A stretch of DNA of 64,000 bases from Bacteroidota bacterium. Its GTDB lineage: Bacteria > Bacteroidota > Bacteroidia > NS11-12g > UBA955. The stretch covers positions 8,433-72,432 of the forward strand of contig CANMBF010000010.1 of assembly GCA_947496065.1 (NCBI GenBank), written 5' to 3'. Both the position numbers and the translations under genes were made by a program. The stretch's first letter is position 1. Every line of letters begins with the position of its first letter. The notes beneath the pieces are model-generated. The model was not told where the DNA came from. It ran no database searches and saw only the letters and a program-made list of their open reading frames with translations. Below are positions 53,150 to 64,000 of this stretch, piece by piece.

Positions 53150-55771
53150 ATGCTACTTGCGTGCGGGTTTTTGTACATTAATAATGCAAAGGCGCAGGAT
53201 ACTGCATTCAAAACAACTGCCAAAGTTCAAAACACCCAAGAGGCTATAGCGCCTCCATTAAAAAACGATACGTTTAGAATTGCCAAAGATGCCATCGATG
53301 CCATTATCGACTATACGGCAGATGATTCAATTGTGATTGATAATAAAACCAGAAGGGCTTATTTATACGGCAATGCCAATGTTGTATACGATGGCATGAA
53401 TTTGAAAGCAGCGCTCATTATTGTAGATTTTAATCAACGCGAGTTGTATGCAAGGGGTGTGGTTGATAGTTTGGGACATTACCAAGGTCGCCCTAATTTT
53501 AACGATGGCGATCGCGAAACCGATGCCGATACGATGCTGTATAATTTCGATACCAAGCGCGGCAGAACTTATGGTATTGCCATGAAGGAAGGTGAGGGAT
53601 ATATTCTTTGTAACAAAGTATTGCGCGACAACGATAGAAGTATTTATAGCGATTTAGGTAAATACACGACTTGTAATTTACCACATCCTCACTTTTATTT
53701 AGAAGCGCATAATTTAAAAATTATTCCTGATAAAAAAATCATTTTCGGACCCTCGAATTTAAAAATTGAAGATGTGCCAACACCATTGTTTTTGCCTTTT
53801 GGTATGTTTCCGACGAAAAAAGGTCAGAAGTCGGGACTCATACCCTTTGAGTATGGTTTAAGCGGTCGCTATGGGGCTTATTTAAGAAATGTGGGTTGGT
53901 ATTTTGGCATCAGCGACCATTTCGATCAAACCATTAATGGCGATATTTATTTTAGAGGTAGTTGGCGCCTTGCTTCTAATACTAGATATGCAAGTCGCTA
54001 TCGCTATGCAGGTTCTATTGGTTTGGAGTATTCTAAATTTTTGAATGGCGAACGCGAAGACCCCAATTTCAAAACCAACAATACCAAATCATTTAGTATC
54101 AAGTGGACGCATACCCAAGATCCCAAAGCGCGCCCGGGGACTTCATTCACTGCCAATGTGAATGTTCAGAAAAACAATGCAGCACAGTTGAATTCTTTGG
54201 ATCCAACACAAATTGTAAGCAATCAATTCAATTCATCCATTGCCTATTCAAAATCTTTAATGAAGAACAAAGCCAATTTTTCTTCCAATATCACACATTC
54301 ACAAAATACACAAACGCATGCATTTTCGATGTCTTTGCCGACAGTTAATTTTAGTTTGCAAAGGGTGACACCATTCTCGAAGCCCAATAAATTTGGAAAG
54401 TACAAATGGTACAAAGATTTGGGGGTGAGTTATCAAGTGGTAGCCGAGAATAGAATCGACACCAAGGATAGTATTTTCTTTTCAGGCAGCCCAATGGCTG
54501 AAATAGCACCTGGTTTTGTATCGATGTTTGCCAAATTGCCACAAATTAATTTAAGAGCAGCCGATCAGTTTAAGCAGGGCATTGTGCATACGCTTCCAAT
54601 TACATTAGGATCTTATAAATTAATTAAAAATCATTTTTCTTTAACACCAACAGTGGCCTATTCTGAATATTGGTATTTTAAAACCATTACGAAATCATAC
54701 GACTCTGCACGCAATAAAATTGATACAACCTATCACAATGGGTTTAGCAGATCGAGCGATTATAGTGCGGCCATTAATTTAGGAACACAGGTATTTGGAA
54801 CCTTCCAATTCGGTAGGGGTAAAGTAAGTGCCGTTCGCCATACCATTACGCCCAATTTTGGTTTTAGTTACAGACCCGATTTTAGTGATGAAAAATATGG
54901 AATTTACAAAAATGTAAGAACCGATTCTGCTAATACTGAAAGTAGGTATCAAAAATATTCGATCTACGAACAAGGGATTAAGGGCGGTCCAAGTGGCGGT
55001 CCTAGCGGTTTAATGAACTTTTCCATAGGCAATAATTTACAAGCCAAAGTTTTGAAACGCACCGATACAAGTGCCAAATACGAGAATGTGACTTGGATAG
55101 AGAATTTTAGTTTAGCAGGTAATTATAACTTTTTAAAAGATTCTTTTCAATTGTCGAACATCAACGCTTCGGGCTTTACCACTTTGTTTAAACAAGTTAG
55201 AATTAATGGCAATGCCAACTTGAATCCCTATACCAAAAGCTGGAACCGCCCTATTAACAAATTGGAGTGGCAGAACAGTCGAAGAATCGGTACATGGACC
55301 AATGCCAGTGTGCAAGTATCTACAAGGTTCGATGCAGCCATGTTTAAGCGTAAGAAAAAGGATACCACAGGCTTGGTTAAATCGGAACAAGATGCATTAG
55401 AACTAAAAGACATGAAACGCGATCCTTATGGCTATGTGAGTTTCGATATTCCTTGGAGTTTTAATGTTAACTATGCAATGAATTATTCGCGTTTAAATTA
55501 CAGAACCCAATACCTGCATAATTTTAGTTTTGGTGGCGACTTTAGTTTAACCCCAAAATGGAAAATTGGCTGCAACAGTGGATATGATTTCTTAAATAAG
55601 AAAATAGCGTATACCCAATTTAGTGTGAGCAGGAGTTTACATTGTTGGGCGTTGAGCTTTAATTGGATTCCCGATGGTATTCGCAAAAGTTTTACCTTCT
55701 CATTGCATGCTAACAGCAGTATGTTGCAAGATTTAAAGGTGAATAAACGGAGATATTGGTTCGATAATTAA
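53150..55771 (+). CDS. LptD/OstA-like outer-membrane LPS assembly protein
   Basis: OstA-like N-terminal segment (RAYLYGNANVVYDGMNLKA) followed by a long beta-barrel-like region. The start is uncertain: ATG 53150, TTG 53141 or TTG 53093. The ORF-track start at 52712 overlaps the amidase gene and is rejected. Confidence 0.65.
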   Translation: MLLACGFLYINNAKAQDTAFKTTAKVQNTQEAIAPPLKNDTFRIAKDAIDAIIDYTADDSIVIDNKTRRAYLYGNANVVYDGMNLKAALIIVDFNQRELYARGVVDSLGHYQGRPNFNDGDRETDADTMLYNFDTKRGRTYGIAMKEGEGYILCNKVLRDNDRSIYSDLGKYTTCNLPHPHFYLEAHNLKIIPDKKIIFGPSNLKIEDVPTPLFLPFGMFPTKKGQKSGLIPFEYGLSGRYGAYLRNVGWYFGISDHFDQTINGDIYFRGSWRLASNTRYASRYRYAGSIGLEYSKFLNGEREDPNFKTNNTKSFSIKWTHTQDPKARPGTSFTANVNVQKNNAAQLNSLDPTQIVSNQFNSSIAYSKSLMKNKANFSSNITHSQNTQTHAFSMSLPTVNFSLQRVTPFSKPNKFGKYKWYKDLGVSYQVVAENRIDTKDSIFFSGSPMAEIAPGFVSMFAKLPQINLRAADQFKQGIVHTLPITLGSYKLIKNHFSLTPTVAYSEYWYFKTITKSYDSARNKIDTTYHNGFSRSSDYSAAINLGTQVFGTFQFGRGKVSAVRHTITPNFGFSYRPDFSDEKYGIYKNVRTDSANTESRYQKYSIYEQGIKGGPSGGPSGLMNFSIGNNLQAKVLKRTDTSAKYENVTWIENFSLAGNYNFLKDSFQLSNINASGFTTLFKQVRINGNANLNPYTKSWNRPINKLEWQNSRRIGTWTNASVQVSTRFDAAMFKRKKKDTTGLVKSEQDALELKDMKRDPYGYVSFDIPWSFNVNYAMNYSRLNYRTQYLHNFSFGGDFSLTPKWKIGCNSGYDFLNKKIAYTQFSVSRSLHCWALSFNWIPDGIRKSFTFSLHANSSMLQDLKVNKRRYWFDN

Positions 55772-56002
55772 GTGGAGCTTTATAAAAAATAGCGACGACT
55801 AAAGACGGTTGCGTGTTTTTAAATCAGGCTAATTGAATAGCACTGTCCTTTATTTACTTTTTTATCGATTTTATCAACAATTAAATGAATTGTAAGTTCA
55901 TGAAGGTGTCTTATTTCGCACGGGTTGCCTTTACATTACTTTTTTGTATTTTTTTAGTTAATTAATGTTAATAAACATTCTTACTTATTGCGAAAAAATG
56001 AG

Positions 56003-56010
56003 TATTTTTG
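56003..56010 (+). promoter_or_regulatory. -7 box TATTTTTG upstream of glmM
   Basis: Perfect match, 19 nt before ATG 56030. Confidence 0.45.
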
Positions 56011-56029
56011 CACTCTTTTTTTCCAAACT

Positions 56030-57418
56030 ATGACACTAATTAAATCAATATCAGGCTTTAGAGGAACAATTGGTGGTAAACCAAGTGATAACCTAACCCC
56101 TGTAGATATCGTAAAGTTCTCATCGGCCTATGGCGAGTGGGTATTATCTATGCAAAAAGGCAAATTGATTGTGATCGGACGCGATGCCAGAATTTCTGGT
56201 AAGATTGTTTCTGATATTGTGTCTTCTACCTTAATGGCCATGGGGCTCGATGTCTTAGATTTGGGTTTATCTACCACACCGACAGTAGAAATGGCTGTGA
56301 TGATGGAAAAAGCAGCGGGCGGTATTATTTTTACAGCAAGTCATAATCCAAAACAATGGAATGCCCTGAAATTATTAAATCACAAAGGTGAATTTATTTC
56401 AGCAAAAGAAGCTGAGAAGGTTTTAGAATTAGCAGAAGCCAATGATTTCTCATATGCTGAAGTTAACACACTTGGTTCTTTAAGTACCGATAACGATTAC
56501 ATTAAAAAGCATATCGATGAAATATTGAAATTACCTTTGGTAGATGTAGCGGCTATTGCAGAGAAAAAATATAAAATTGTAGTTGATGCGGTTAACTCTA
56601 CAGGCGGTATTGCGGTACCTATGTTATTAAGAGCCTTAGGTGTCGAAAGTATTGTTGAATTGAATTGCGAGCCTACAGGTAACTTCGCTCATAATCCTGA
56701 GCCATTGCCCGAACATTTATCACAATTGTCTTCGAACGTTAAAAGCGAGCGCGCTAACCTAGGAATCTGTGTTGATCCAGATGTAGATCGCTTAGCAATG
56801 GTATGCGAAGATGGCGAAATGTTTGGCGAAGAATATACCTTGGTAGCAGTGGCCGATTATATTTTAAAGAATACTAAAAAAGGCAATACTGTTTCTAATT
56901 TATCTTCTACCAAAGCCTTAAAAGACATTACCGAAAAACATGGTGGTAAATACAGTGCCAGTGCAGTAGGTGAGGTGAATGTGGTAGAAAAAATGAAAGA
57001 AACCAAAGCCATTATAGGCGGCGAAGGCAACGGAGGTATCATTTATCCTGAATTGCATTACGGCAGAGATGCCATGGTTGGAATTGCTTTGTTTCTAACT
57101 GCTTTAGCTAAATCTGGCAAAGGTTGCAGTGCCATGCGCGCTAGTTTTCCTAATTATATCATCTCTAAAAACAAGGTGGAATTAACACCTGATATCGATG
57201 CCGATGATGTATTGGAAAAAATAAAAGAGAAGTACAAAAAGTTCGATATTAATACGGTTGATGGTGTGCGTATAGATTTTGATGAGGACTGGGTGCATTT
57301 GAGAAAATCAAATACAGAACCTATCATTCGCATATATGCAGAAAGCAAATCTGATACCACTGCAAGAAACTTAACAATGAAAATTATTAAAGACATTGGT
57401 GAGATTGCTAAAGGTTAA
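56030..57418 (+). CDS. glmM: Phosphoglucosamine mutase (alpha-D-phosphohexomutase family)
   Basis: Active-site TASHNP, metal loop DPDVDR, and GGEGNGG. Confidence 0.8.
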   Translation: MTLIKSISGFRGTIGGKPSDNLTPVDIVKFSSAYGEWVLSMQKGKLIVIGRDARISGKIVSDIVSSTLMAMGLDVLDLGLSTTPTVEMAVMMEKAAGGIIFTASHNPKQWNALKLLNHKGEFISAKEAEKVLELAEANDFSYAEVNTLGSLSTDNDYIKKHIDEILKLPLVDVAAIAEKKYKIVVDAVNSTGGIAVPMLLRALGVESIVELNCEPTGNFAHNPEPLPEHLSQLSSNVKSERANLGICVDPDVDRLAMVCEDGEMFGEEYTLVAVADYILKNTKKGNTVSNLSSTKALKDITEKHGGKYSASAVGEVNVVEKMKETKAIIGGEGNGGIIYPELHYGRDAMVGIALFLTALAKSGKGCSAMRASFPNYIISKNKVELTPDIDADDVLEKIKEKYKKFDINTVDGVRIDFDEDWVHLRKSNTEPIIRIYAESKSDTTARNLTMKIIKDIGEIAKG

Positions 57419-57450
57419 TGCGAACAATATAAAAACAATAAGAAAAAATT

Positions 57451-58551
57451 ATGTCGTTACAGTGTGGAATTGTTGGATTACCAAATGTTGGAAAATCTAC
57501 TTTATTTAATTGCCTTAGCAATGCAAAGGCACAAGCAGCCAACTTTCCATTCTGCACCATCGAACCGAATGTAGGTGTGATCACAGTGCCCGATGAGCGA
57601 TTGCAAAAGCTTACCGAAATTGCAAAACCACAAAACATAGTGCCTTCCACTGTCGAAATTGTTGACATCGCTGGTTTAGGAAAAGGCGCGAGCAAAGGCG
57701 AAGGTTTAGGCAATCAGTTTCTTGGCAATATAAAAAGTACCAATGCTATTATACACGTATTGCGTTGTTTTGATAACGACAATATTATTCACGTAGATGG
57801 TTCAGTAAATCCAATTCGAGATAAAGAAATTATCGATACTGAATTGCAGTTAAAAGATTTGGAAGCCGTTGAAGCGCGCTTAGCAAAAGTGCAAAAGCAA
57901 GCCAAGGCAGGCGACAAAGAAGCTGCAAAAGTGATGGATGCTTGCGAAAAATACAAATCCCATCTTGAAAAAGGCTTGAACGCAAGAACCATGGAAGGTT
58001 TAACAGAAGAACAATTAGAACTGACAGCAGATTTAAATTTACTAACAGCAAAGCCAGTACTTTATGTATGTAATGTTGATGAAGCAGGTTTGAAGGTCGA
58101 TAATCAATGGGTAAAAGATATCAGAACCATGGCTGCATCGGAAGGTGCCGAAGTGCTTGTCATTAGCGCTGCTGCCGAAGCCGATATAGCCGAGTTAGAA
58201 GATCCTGAAGAACGCGCTGTTTTCTTAGAAGACTTAGGTTTGCAAGAAAGTGGTGTCGCTAAATTAATCAAAGCAGCTTACCGCATATTAAATTACATCA
58301 CCTACTTTACTGTGGGCGAAAAAGAGGTGCGTGCTTGGACCATTACCGATGGTATGAAAGCACCACAAGCGGCGGCCGTTATTCACTCTGATTTTGAAAA
58401 AGGATTCATTCGTGCCGAGGTGATAAAATACAACGATTACCTTCAATACAAAACCGAGGTTGCCATTAAAGAAGCAGGTAAATTGGGTGTCGAAGGCAAA
58501 GAGTATGTCGTGAAAGATGGCGACTGCATGCACTTCCGTTTCAACGTGTAG
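57451..58551 (+). CDS. ychF: Redox-regulated ATPase YchF
   Basis: GIVGLPNVGKSTLFN P-loop and a C-terminal TGS-like domain ending MHFRFNV. Confidence 0.95.
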   Translation: MSLQCGIVGLPNVGKSTLFNCLSNAKAQAANFPFCTIEPNVGVITVPDERLQKLTEIAKPQNIVPSTVEIVDIAGLGKGASKGEGLGNQFLGNIKSTNAIIHVLRCFDNDNIIHVDGSVNPIRDKEIIDTELQLKDLEAVEARLAKVQKQAKAGDKEAAKVMDACEKYKSHLEKGLNARTMEGLTEEQLELTADLNLLTAKPVLYVCNVDEAGLKVDNQWVKDIRTMAASEGAEVLVISAAAEADIAELEDPEERAVFLEDLGLQESGVAKLIKAAYRILNYITYFTVGEKEVRAWTITDGMKAPQAAAVIHSDFEKGFIRAEVIKYNDYLQYKTEVAIKEAGKLGVEGKEYVVKDGDCMHFRFNV

Positions 58552-58668
58552 TTAATAACCTACCATCGTTTTTTTTAACACATAAGTTAGATAAGTTTCT
58601 ATTTTAAATTTGTATTCTTTAGATGGTTTTGGGCAAGGATAAACTTTTTTCATTTCTTTTAAATTTTT

Positions 58669-58715
58669 AAAGAGCACCTAAGTGTTTTTTTACTGTGTAA
58701 AAAAAGGCTTGCGAA
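58669..58715 (+). repeat. Family D element
   Basis: AAAGAGCACCTAAGTGTTTTTTTACTGTGTAAAAAAAGGCTTGCGAA. Confidence 0.7.
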
Positions 58716-59022
58716 ATAAATTTGAAGTTAAATTGAAGGTGTAATTCGATTTTACGCTATTTTTACAAAAGCATCTGATTTGATAAATAAATTATGATTC
58801 AGTTCTATAGAAGGTTGAATAATTAGGGTGTCATGGCAATTTAATGAAGGCCCCTCATTGTTCTCTCAAGAAAATGAATCTGTTAAAGGCCACTGCGTTA
58901 TGTTTTATATACTTTTGTGAAGCCCGTCGCGCTAATTAAAAACACCAAAGCAATCAAATAAATTTTAATAGACATTGGCTCGTGAATTGGTTAAATAAAA
59001 GCGCTCAAAAATCGAACCGCAT

Positions 59023-62000
59023 TTAACGCAATACTGTTACTAAGTTTTTGTAATGGTATATTGCACCCTTGTAATCATGTACTTTATAGACCACAGTGTA
59101 GACACCATCGGGCACAAATTCATTTTGGTATTTGCCATCCCATGGCTTGCTGTCTTCGGTTTTATAAATTAATTCACCCCAACGGTTAAACACATTCATT
59201 TCGTATTTGGCAATACCTATACCATCAGGCTTTAAGGTTTCATTCAACTCATTGTCGTTAGGCGTAAAGGCATTTGGTAAATAGAAAGTGAGTGTAAAGC
59301 GCACCGCAATGTCTTTGAAACTAGAATCAATACAACCAAAGCGATTGGTGGCCCAATGTTTTACTCTGAATACACCACTATCAGGATAATTGTATTTGAA
59401 CAATGGCGCTGAACGGTATTTGCCATCGCCCATAAAATATAAAATAGAATCGGCACCAATACTTGAATCTCTAAATTGTATCACAGGATTGGTAATTAAA
59501 ACTTCACTTGGATTGGTTCTAAATATTGAAGTTGGAACCGGATAAACTTTTGCATAACCGACAGTATCGTAAACACAATTATAACTGGTGGTAATTTCTA
59601 AACTCACTTTATAAAAACCTGCTTGGTTATACAAATGCAATGGGTTGGCAATTGATTCTGTTCGGTTATCACCCATGTCCCAATTGTAATTGGTAATGGT
59701 GGCATTTGGCACGCTGCATAAATCAGTGAATTGTGTAGGAATGCCGGCGCACAAACTATCGCTTTGAAATTGCACTATAACAGGAGGGTAGCTATTAATG
59801 AGTTGGGCAGTTGAATCTTTGCAGCCGAAATCACTAATGCCAATTAATTTGACATTGTAGCCACCTGCATTTGGAAATATATGTTTGATATTTGTTTGGT
59901 TTGCAAAAGTGCCATCATCGAAATACCAAAGGAGCGAATCGATCGTACCTGTTAAGATGCTATTGCTACTTGTAAAATCAAACTGATTGTCGCGGCATTG
60001 GTTGGTATTACCAATAGTCATGACAGGTAAAGGATAAATGGTTTGTGAGCCAAAGGTATCATACGAGCAACCTTCGGTGCTGCGAATTTTTAATAAAATA
60101 CTATAGGTTCCAGGAGCTGCAAATACCAATTGTGGGTTCTGTATTGTTGAAGAATCATTTGCCCCTAAGTTCCATTTCCAAGTTGCTACTTTTGTGTTTT
60201 TTCCATTGCTTAAATCTTTAAAATACGAAGTATCGCCAAGGCAATTATTGCTTTGTGTGAAATTAACTAAAATGCGAGGATGCACCATGGCATAGGTGGT
60301 AGTTGAATCAATACAACCTTTGTCAGAAACAGCTTTGTATTGTACAAAGAATGTGTCGCCTAAAGAAAACTGATGCGCGAAATTGGCATTGGTCGAAGTG
60401 GTGCCATCACTCAAACGCCATAATCTATTTGCAATACTGCCTTTTATTATCGTTGTTTTTTCCGTGAATGTATTAGTGAAACCTTCGCATACAGTATCGG
60501 TTAAAATGATGGGCTTAGGCAAGGGGTTAACTGTAGTTGTTTTTGCAATGCTATCCTTGCAACCAAAGGCAGTATTAGCCTTCAACGTTATATTGTACGT
60601 TTTAGGAATGTTATATTTAATTTTAGGATGCAGGCTATCGGAAATGACTGCATTGCCAAATGTCCAATCATAATTGACAATCGAATCGTTTGTAATACTA
60701 CTTGTGTTTTTAAAGAAGGTACTATCACCATCGCACACATCGTTGACAGTAAAGTCGACTTTTGGTACGTTGTTAACGATAATACTTTTTGTAATGGTAT
60801 CCGTACAGTTAAAACTGCTGTTGATTTGTAACTTAACCTGCCAAGTATCAGCTAAGGTGTATTTGTGTATGACATCCTTAGAATTACTTGTTTTTGAATC
60901 ACCAAACTGCCAACTAAAATTAGTGAGCATGCCCGAAGCAATCGTAGAGGTATTCACAAATTTAGCACTGTCGTACAAACAAATATTTTTCAGTGTGAAA
61001 TTGGCCTTAGGAATTGGTTTTACAGTTACTGTTTTGATGAGGGTATCCTTACATTTAAATGGACTTTCAGACACCAATTTAATGGTGGTAGAAAGTGTTG
61101 CAGGTACTAGTACAAACCACGATTTGGTGTTCAAGGTATCGGTAGTGCCTTTGGTCCAACGGTTGAACTTAATAGAGTCTTGCGCTATAAAGCTTGAGTC
61201 TTTCAACCAAACCGTGTCGCCAAAACATACTGATTGGTATGTAATATTAGATTTAGGATAAGGCTTTGCAGTAATCAATAAGGAGTCGGCTGCTTTGCAA
61301 CCAAATGAATCGACAATATTAAACTTATACCTTGTAGTAATTGGTGTAATACTTTGCGTAGTTGATTTGGTACTATCTGCTACTTGTGTTTTTGGATACC
61401 AGCGTGAGGTAATAATACCGGTGCCATTGCTGGCCACTGCTTTTAAAGTTACCTTTTGACCTCTACAAACTATGGTATCTTTTTGTATGAGTTTAATTTT
61501 AGGTAATTGATAAATGGTTGCAAACACGGTATCGCGACTAGAACAGGTAAGGCGTTTGGTAGTTAAAATAAAACGCTTGGTAACTTTAGAACTTCCAATA
61601 TTTTCAAAAATAATACTAGGCTGCGCCAAGGTGTCGCTATTCAAGTCGATGCTTGGCAACCAAGCATATGAAAACCCATTGACTTTTTTGATACCTAATC
61701 CATTAGGAGATTTGCTGCAAAATGAAATATCATTACCTGCATTTTGTAAAACAGGAATTGGTAAACGGTACTGATTAAAACTACATGAACAAGAGGAACT
61801 ATCAATTACCATAAACAAGGCGCATGAATAACCCGCTTTAATGGTAATTGAACTGCTAATACTGATGGTATTGCCTTTCTTTAATGCAGAATTAATGGTG
61901 TATGTTTTAACTAAGAAATCACTTGGGTCAACCGTTCCAGAATTATTTTTATCGTAATAGAATGCCAACTTGGTTGCTTTCGCAGCAATAATATTTTCAC

Positions 62001-64000
62001 CAGTGTTTTTTAATGTATAAGAAATGTTTAGGGTTTCTGAGTCGGCACTCATGCTCTGTAAACTGGTTTTTAAATTCGAAATACTGAGTTCCCCTTTCAC
62101 TACTGGTATGCGTAATAATAAGTTGCCTGTTACCACATTGATTTTACATTTAGAGTTGTCGGCCACGCAAGTTACTTCTTGTTTAACAGCTGCCTGGCTA
62201 TAAAAATCTGAGGTACCACAACTCACAATTCGGTTATTGCTGCTATAACCCATTTCGAATTCCATACTATCACCTGGGGCTATGCCGCTGTTTAAGCTAA
62301 ATTCAACCTCGGTTGCACCATTGATGTCGCGTGTTTTTGTTAATGCATTATTTGGTGAATTACGAATACCAATAAACATGGTTGAGTCATACTTCATGCC
62401 TGCTAATAAGATGGCTTGGTACTTGTCTTCTATGCCGGTTTTACTTGGTCCTAAATTAATAATTTTTACCCTTACTTTGCTGCTTTTTTCACAAGGGAAA
62501 ATGGTATCGGCGTTTACTTTTAATAAACTAAAATAGGGTTTAGTAACACCTTTGATATTAAGTGGATTGCTGATGGCTGGGAATACTAAAACTTTATCAC
62601 CACATTTAATATTGGCAGCGGCACCTGCTCTGATATAATTACCAGAGGAGTAATCGCAATCTGTTTTAACGTTGAATCTAATTTGAATCTTATTTCGCGT
62701 TGTATCTGTAATGCCTTTAAAACCTTGTGCTAAGCTGCTCACCAGCGTCGATAAATCCCATTCATAAGTTGTGCCGCTTACTAATTTTGGTGAAGGCAAA
62801 GCAGCCCACGATCCTTTCGATGGATGTTTTACATAGCTTTTGCCTGAGACCACTTGCATACCTACCGGTAAAGTTAATTGTGCTTTGGTATTATAGGCAT
62901 TGGTAGCGCCAATGTTTTCTAGTAGATAATAATAAGGTGACTGTGCACATAAATCGGCAGTTGTTAGAGAATCTGAAATACTAACTTGGAATTGTGTATT
63001 TTGAGGTTCAAGAAATAAAACTGTTTTTTCAGGGGTACAGGCATATGAATTAAAATCTTTTGGATAGTCGATGCAATTCCATCCGGAGAACAAAATAACA
63101 CTGTCCCTTTTGCACGAATTGAAAATGGCCTTCACCTTAAATTTTCTTGAAACACCATAGGGTACAATTCCTGCCTTATAAATGTCATTCACCTTCTTTA
63201 AAGCTGTGTCTTTGACAGCATCGCGAATATCTACAATTTTTATAGAGCCTGAATTGTCTGGCGAAAACCAGCAATTAACGGACGAGAAACTTGAGGATGA
63301 ATTGGTGTAATTAATTTCCCATTCGGCTGTATCTTTTGATGCATAGTTAACGGGAATCGATGGTTTAACCGAATAGATCGGTTTATTGTATATAATTCCA
63401 TCGTCGCCATAGTAATTTGGCGAACGTGCAGAATTAATTGTGTCAAAGCCACTTCCTAAAGTGCCCTTTTTTTCGAAAATAAAATCGTAACTAATGTATT
63501 GGTAGACGGCAGGCGGTAACTCGCAACTAGGAATTATATTGGCGTAAAAATAGCCTTGAAAAGCATCATCACTTAAACCGAATTTTCCTTTTGCAGAATC
63601 CTTATAATACTTAGATGTTTCAAAACTGTATTTTCCATTTTTATACACCCACTTAACCGAGTCTTTTGTTTCTAAAACATAGCTATTCGAACCATTTGTT
63701 CGGTATTGCCCGAGCCACATTTTATCCAATTTAAACCCGTCAGGTAAAAACATGATAATTTCTTTTAATCTTCCGAAATTTCGGTATTCATAAGGAAAGT
63801 AATTATTGCCCGCATAAGCAGAATTGGAGCCAATGCCTAAATAAAAACTTTGAGAAATACTGAGGGGTGCGCAACTATTCACGGAATAATAATCCGGCCC
63901 ATAATTTAAAAATTGATAACCCGTTAAAATTAATTGACCAGAGAAGGTATCACACTGGAATTTATTTTTGGCGGTGGCAGGATTGCGAATATCGCTGGTG
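59023..64000 (-). CDS. Giant PKD-repeat adhesin-like protein with a gliding-motility-associated C-terminal domain; 5' end outside the window
   Basis: C-terminal FYLPNAFTPNDN...FNRWGELIYKT. At least 8 PKD-like modules (W.FGD motifs). The reading frame has no stop between 63883 and 64000, so the GTG at 63882 is not the true start. Confidence 0.75.
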   Translation of the reverse strand, partial: TSDIRNPATAKNKFQCDTFSGQLILTGYQFLNYGPDYYSVNSCAPLSISQSFYLGIGSNSAYAGNNYFPYEYRNFGRLKEIIMFLPDGFKLDKMWLGQYRTNGSNSYVLETKDSVKWVYKNGKYSFETSKYYKDSAKGKFGLSDDAFQGYFYANIIPSCELPPAVYQYISYDFIFEKKGTLGSGFDTINSARSPNYYGDDGIIYNKPIYSVKPSIPVNYASKDTAEWEINYTNSSSSFSSVNCWFSPDNSGSIKIVDIRDAVKDTALKKVNDIYKAGIVPYGVSRKFKVKAIFNSCKRDSVILFSGWNCIDYPKDFNSYACTPEKTVLFLEPQNTQFQVSISDSLTTADLCAQSPYYYLLENIGATNAYNTKAQLTLPVGMQVVSGKSYVKHPSKGSWAALPSPKLVSGTTYEWDLSTLVSSLAQGFKGITDTTRNKIQIRFNVKTDCDYSSGNYIRAGAAANIKCGDKVLVFPAISNPLNIKGVTKPYFSLLKVNADTIFPCEKSSKVRVKIINLGPSKTGIEDKYQAILLAGMKYDSTMFIGIRNSPNNALTKTRDINGATEVEFSLNSGIAPGDSMEFEMGYSSNNRIVSCGTSDFYSQAAVKQEVTCVADNSKCKINVVTGNLLLRIPVVKGELSISNLKTSLQSMSADSETLNISYTLKNTGENIIAAKATKLAFYYDKNNSGTVDPSDFLVKTYTINSALKKGNTISISSSITIKAGYSCALFMVIDSSSCSCSFNQYRLPIPVLQNAGNDISFCSKSPNGLGIKKVNGFSYAWLPSIDLNSDTLAQPSIIFENIGSSKVTKRFILTTKRLTCSSRDTVFATIYQLPKIKLIQKDTIVCRGQKVTLKAVASNGTGIITSRWYPKTQVADSTKSTTQSITPITTRYKFNIVDSFGCKAADSLLITAKPYPKSNITYQSVCFGDTVWLKDSSFIAQDSIKFNRWTKGTTDTLNTKSWFVLVPATLSTTIKLVSESPFKCKDTLIKTVTVKPIPKANFTLKNICLYDSAKFVNTSTIASGMLTNFSWQFGDSKTSNSKDVIHKYTLADTWQVKLQINSSFNCTDTITKSIIVNNVPKVDFTVNDVCDGDSTFFKNTSSITNDSIVNYDWTFGNAVISDSLHPKIKYNIPKTYNITLKANTAFGCKDSIAKTTTVNPLPKPIILTDTVCEGFTNTFTEKTTIIKGSIANRLWRLSDGTTSTNANFAHQFSLGDTFFVQYKAVSDKGCIDSTTTYAMVHPRILVNFTQSNNCLGDTSYFKDLSNGKNTKVATWKWNLGANDSSTIQNPQLVFAAPGTYSILLKIRSTEGCSYDTFGSQTIYPLPVMTIGNTNQCRDNQFDFTSSNSILTGTIDSLLWYFDDGTFANQTNIKHIFPNAGGYNVKLIGISDFGCKDSTAQLINSYPPVIVQFQSDSLCAGIPTQFTDLCSVPNATITNYNWDMGDNRTESIANPLHLYNQAGFYKVSLEITTSYNCVYDTVGYAKVYPVPTSIFRTNPSEVLITNPVIQFRDSSIGADSILYFMGDGKYRSAPLFKYNYPDSGVFRVKHWATNRFGCIDSSFKDIAVRFTLTFYLPNAFTPNDNELNETLKPDGIGIAKYEMNVFNRWGELIYKTEDSKPWDGKYQNEFVPDGVYTVVYKVHDYKGAIYHYKNLVTVLR

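Overview
This is a chromosomal window from a Bacteroidota genome; I cannot place it more precisely. The phylum call rests on T9SS and CHU_C sorting domains, a CarboxypepD_reg-type TonB-dependent receptor, TAnnTTTG -7 promoter boxes and the absence of Shine-Dalgarno sites. About 46 protein genes are supportable. Most are housekeeping: argS, pyrG, purD, kdsB, folE, rsmI, lnt, glmM, ychF, hemW, a glutamate dehydrogenase, an RluA-family synthase and an RsmB/F-family methyltransferase. There are also three giant adhesin-like secreted proteins, one T9SS type A and two with the gliding-motility C-terminal domain. The last of these (59023-64000, minus strand) runs off the window edge. I found no rRNA, tRNA, CRISPR-Cas, integrase or phage genes. 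The most unusual content is non-coding. At least eight long ORF-free intergenic regions (0.4-1.6 kb) are filled with families of short GC-stem hairpins. Many of these sit in tandem units of 167-170 bp, with hairpins about 50-51 bp apart. One family begins with a fixed head motif (GCCACAGATTCACAGAT) 7-45 nt after a stop codon or terminator, always co-oriented with the upstream gene. A RAYT-like HUH/Y1 transposase homolog (41078-41605) lies in the same window. It is followed directly by seven exactly phased 17-bp repeats and an inverted copy. The strongest protein-level candidate for an uncharacterised system is an overlapping HipA-like kinase plus DUF3037-like pair (21364-22522). Other points are a gene fossil, a frameshifted gene, a tandem duplication of a promoter plus 5' gene end, predicted leaderless mRNAs and a pterin gene set. 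All functional calls come from motif recognition by eye in the supplied translations. No database search was run.
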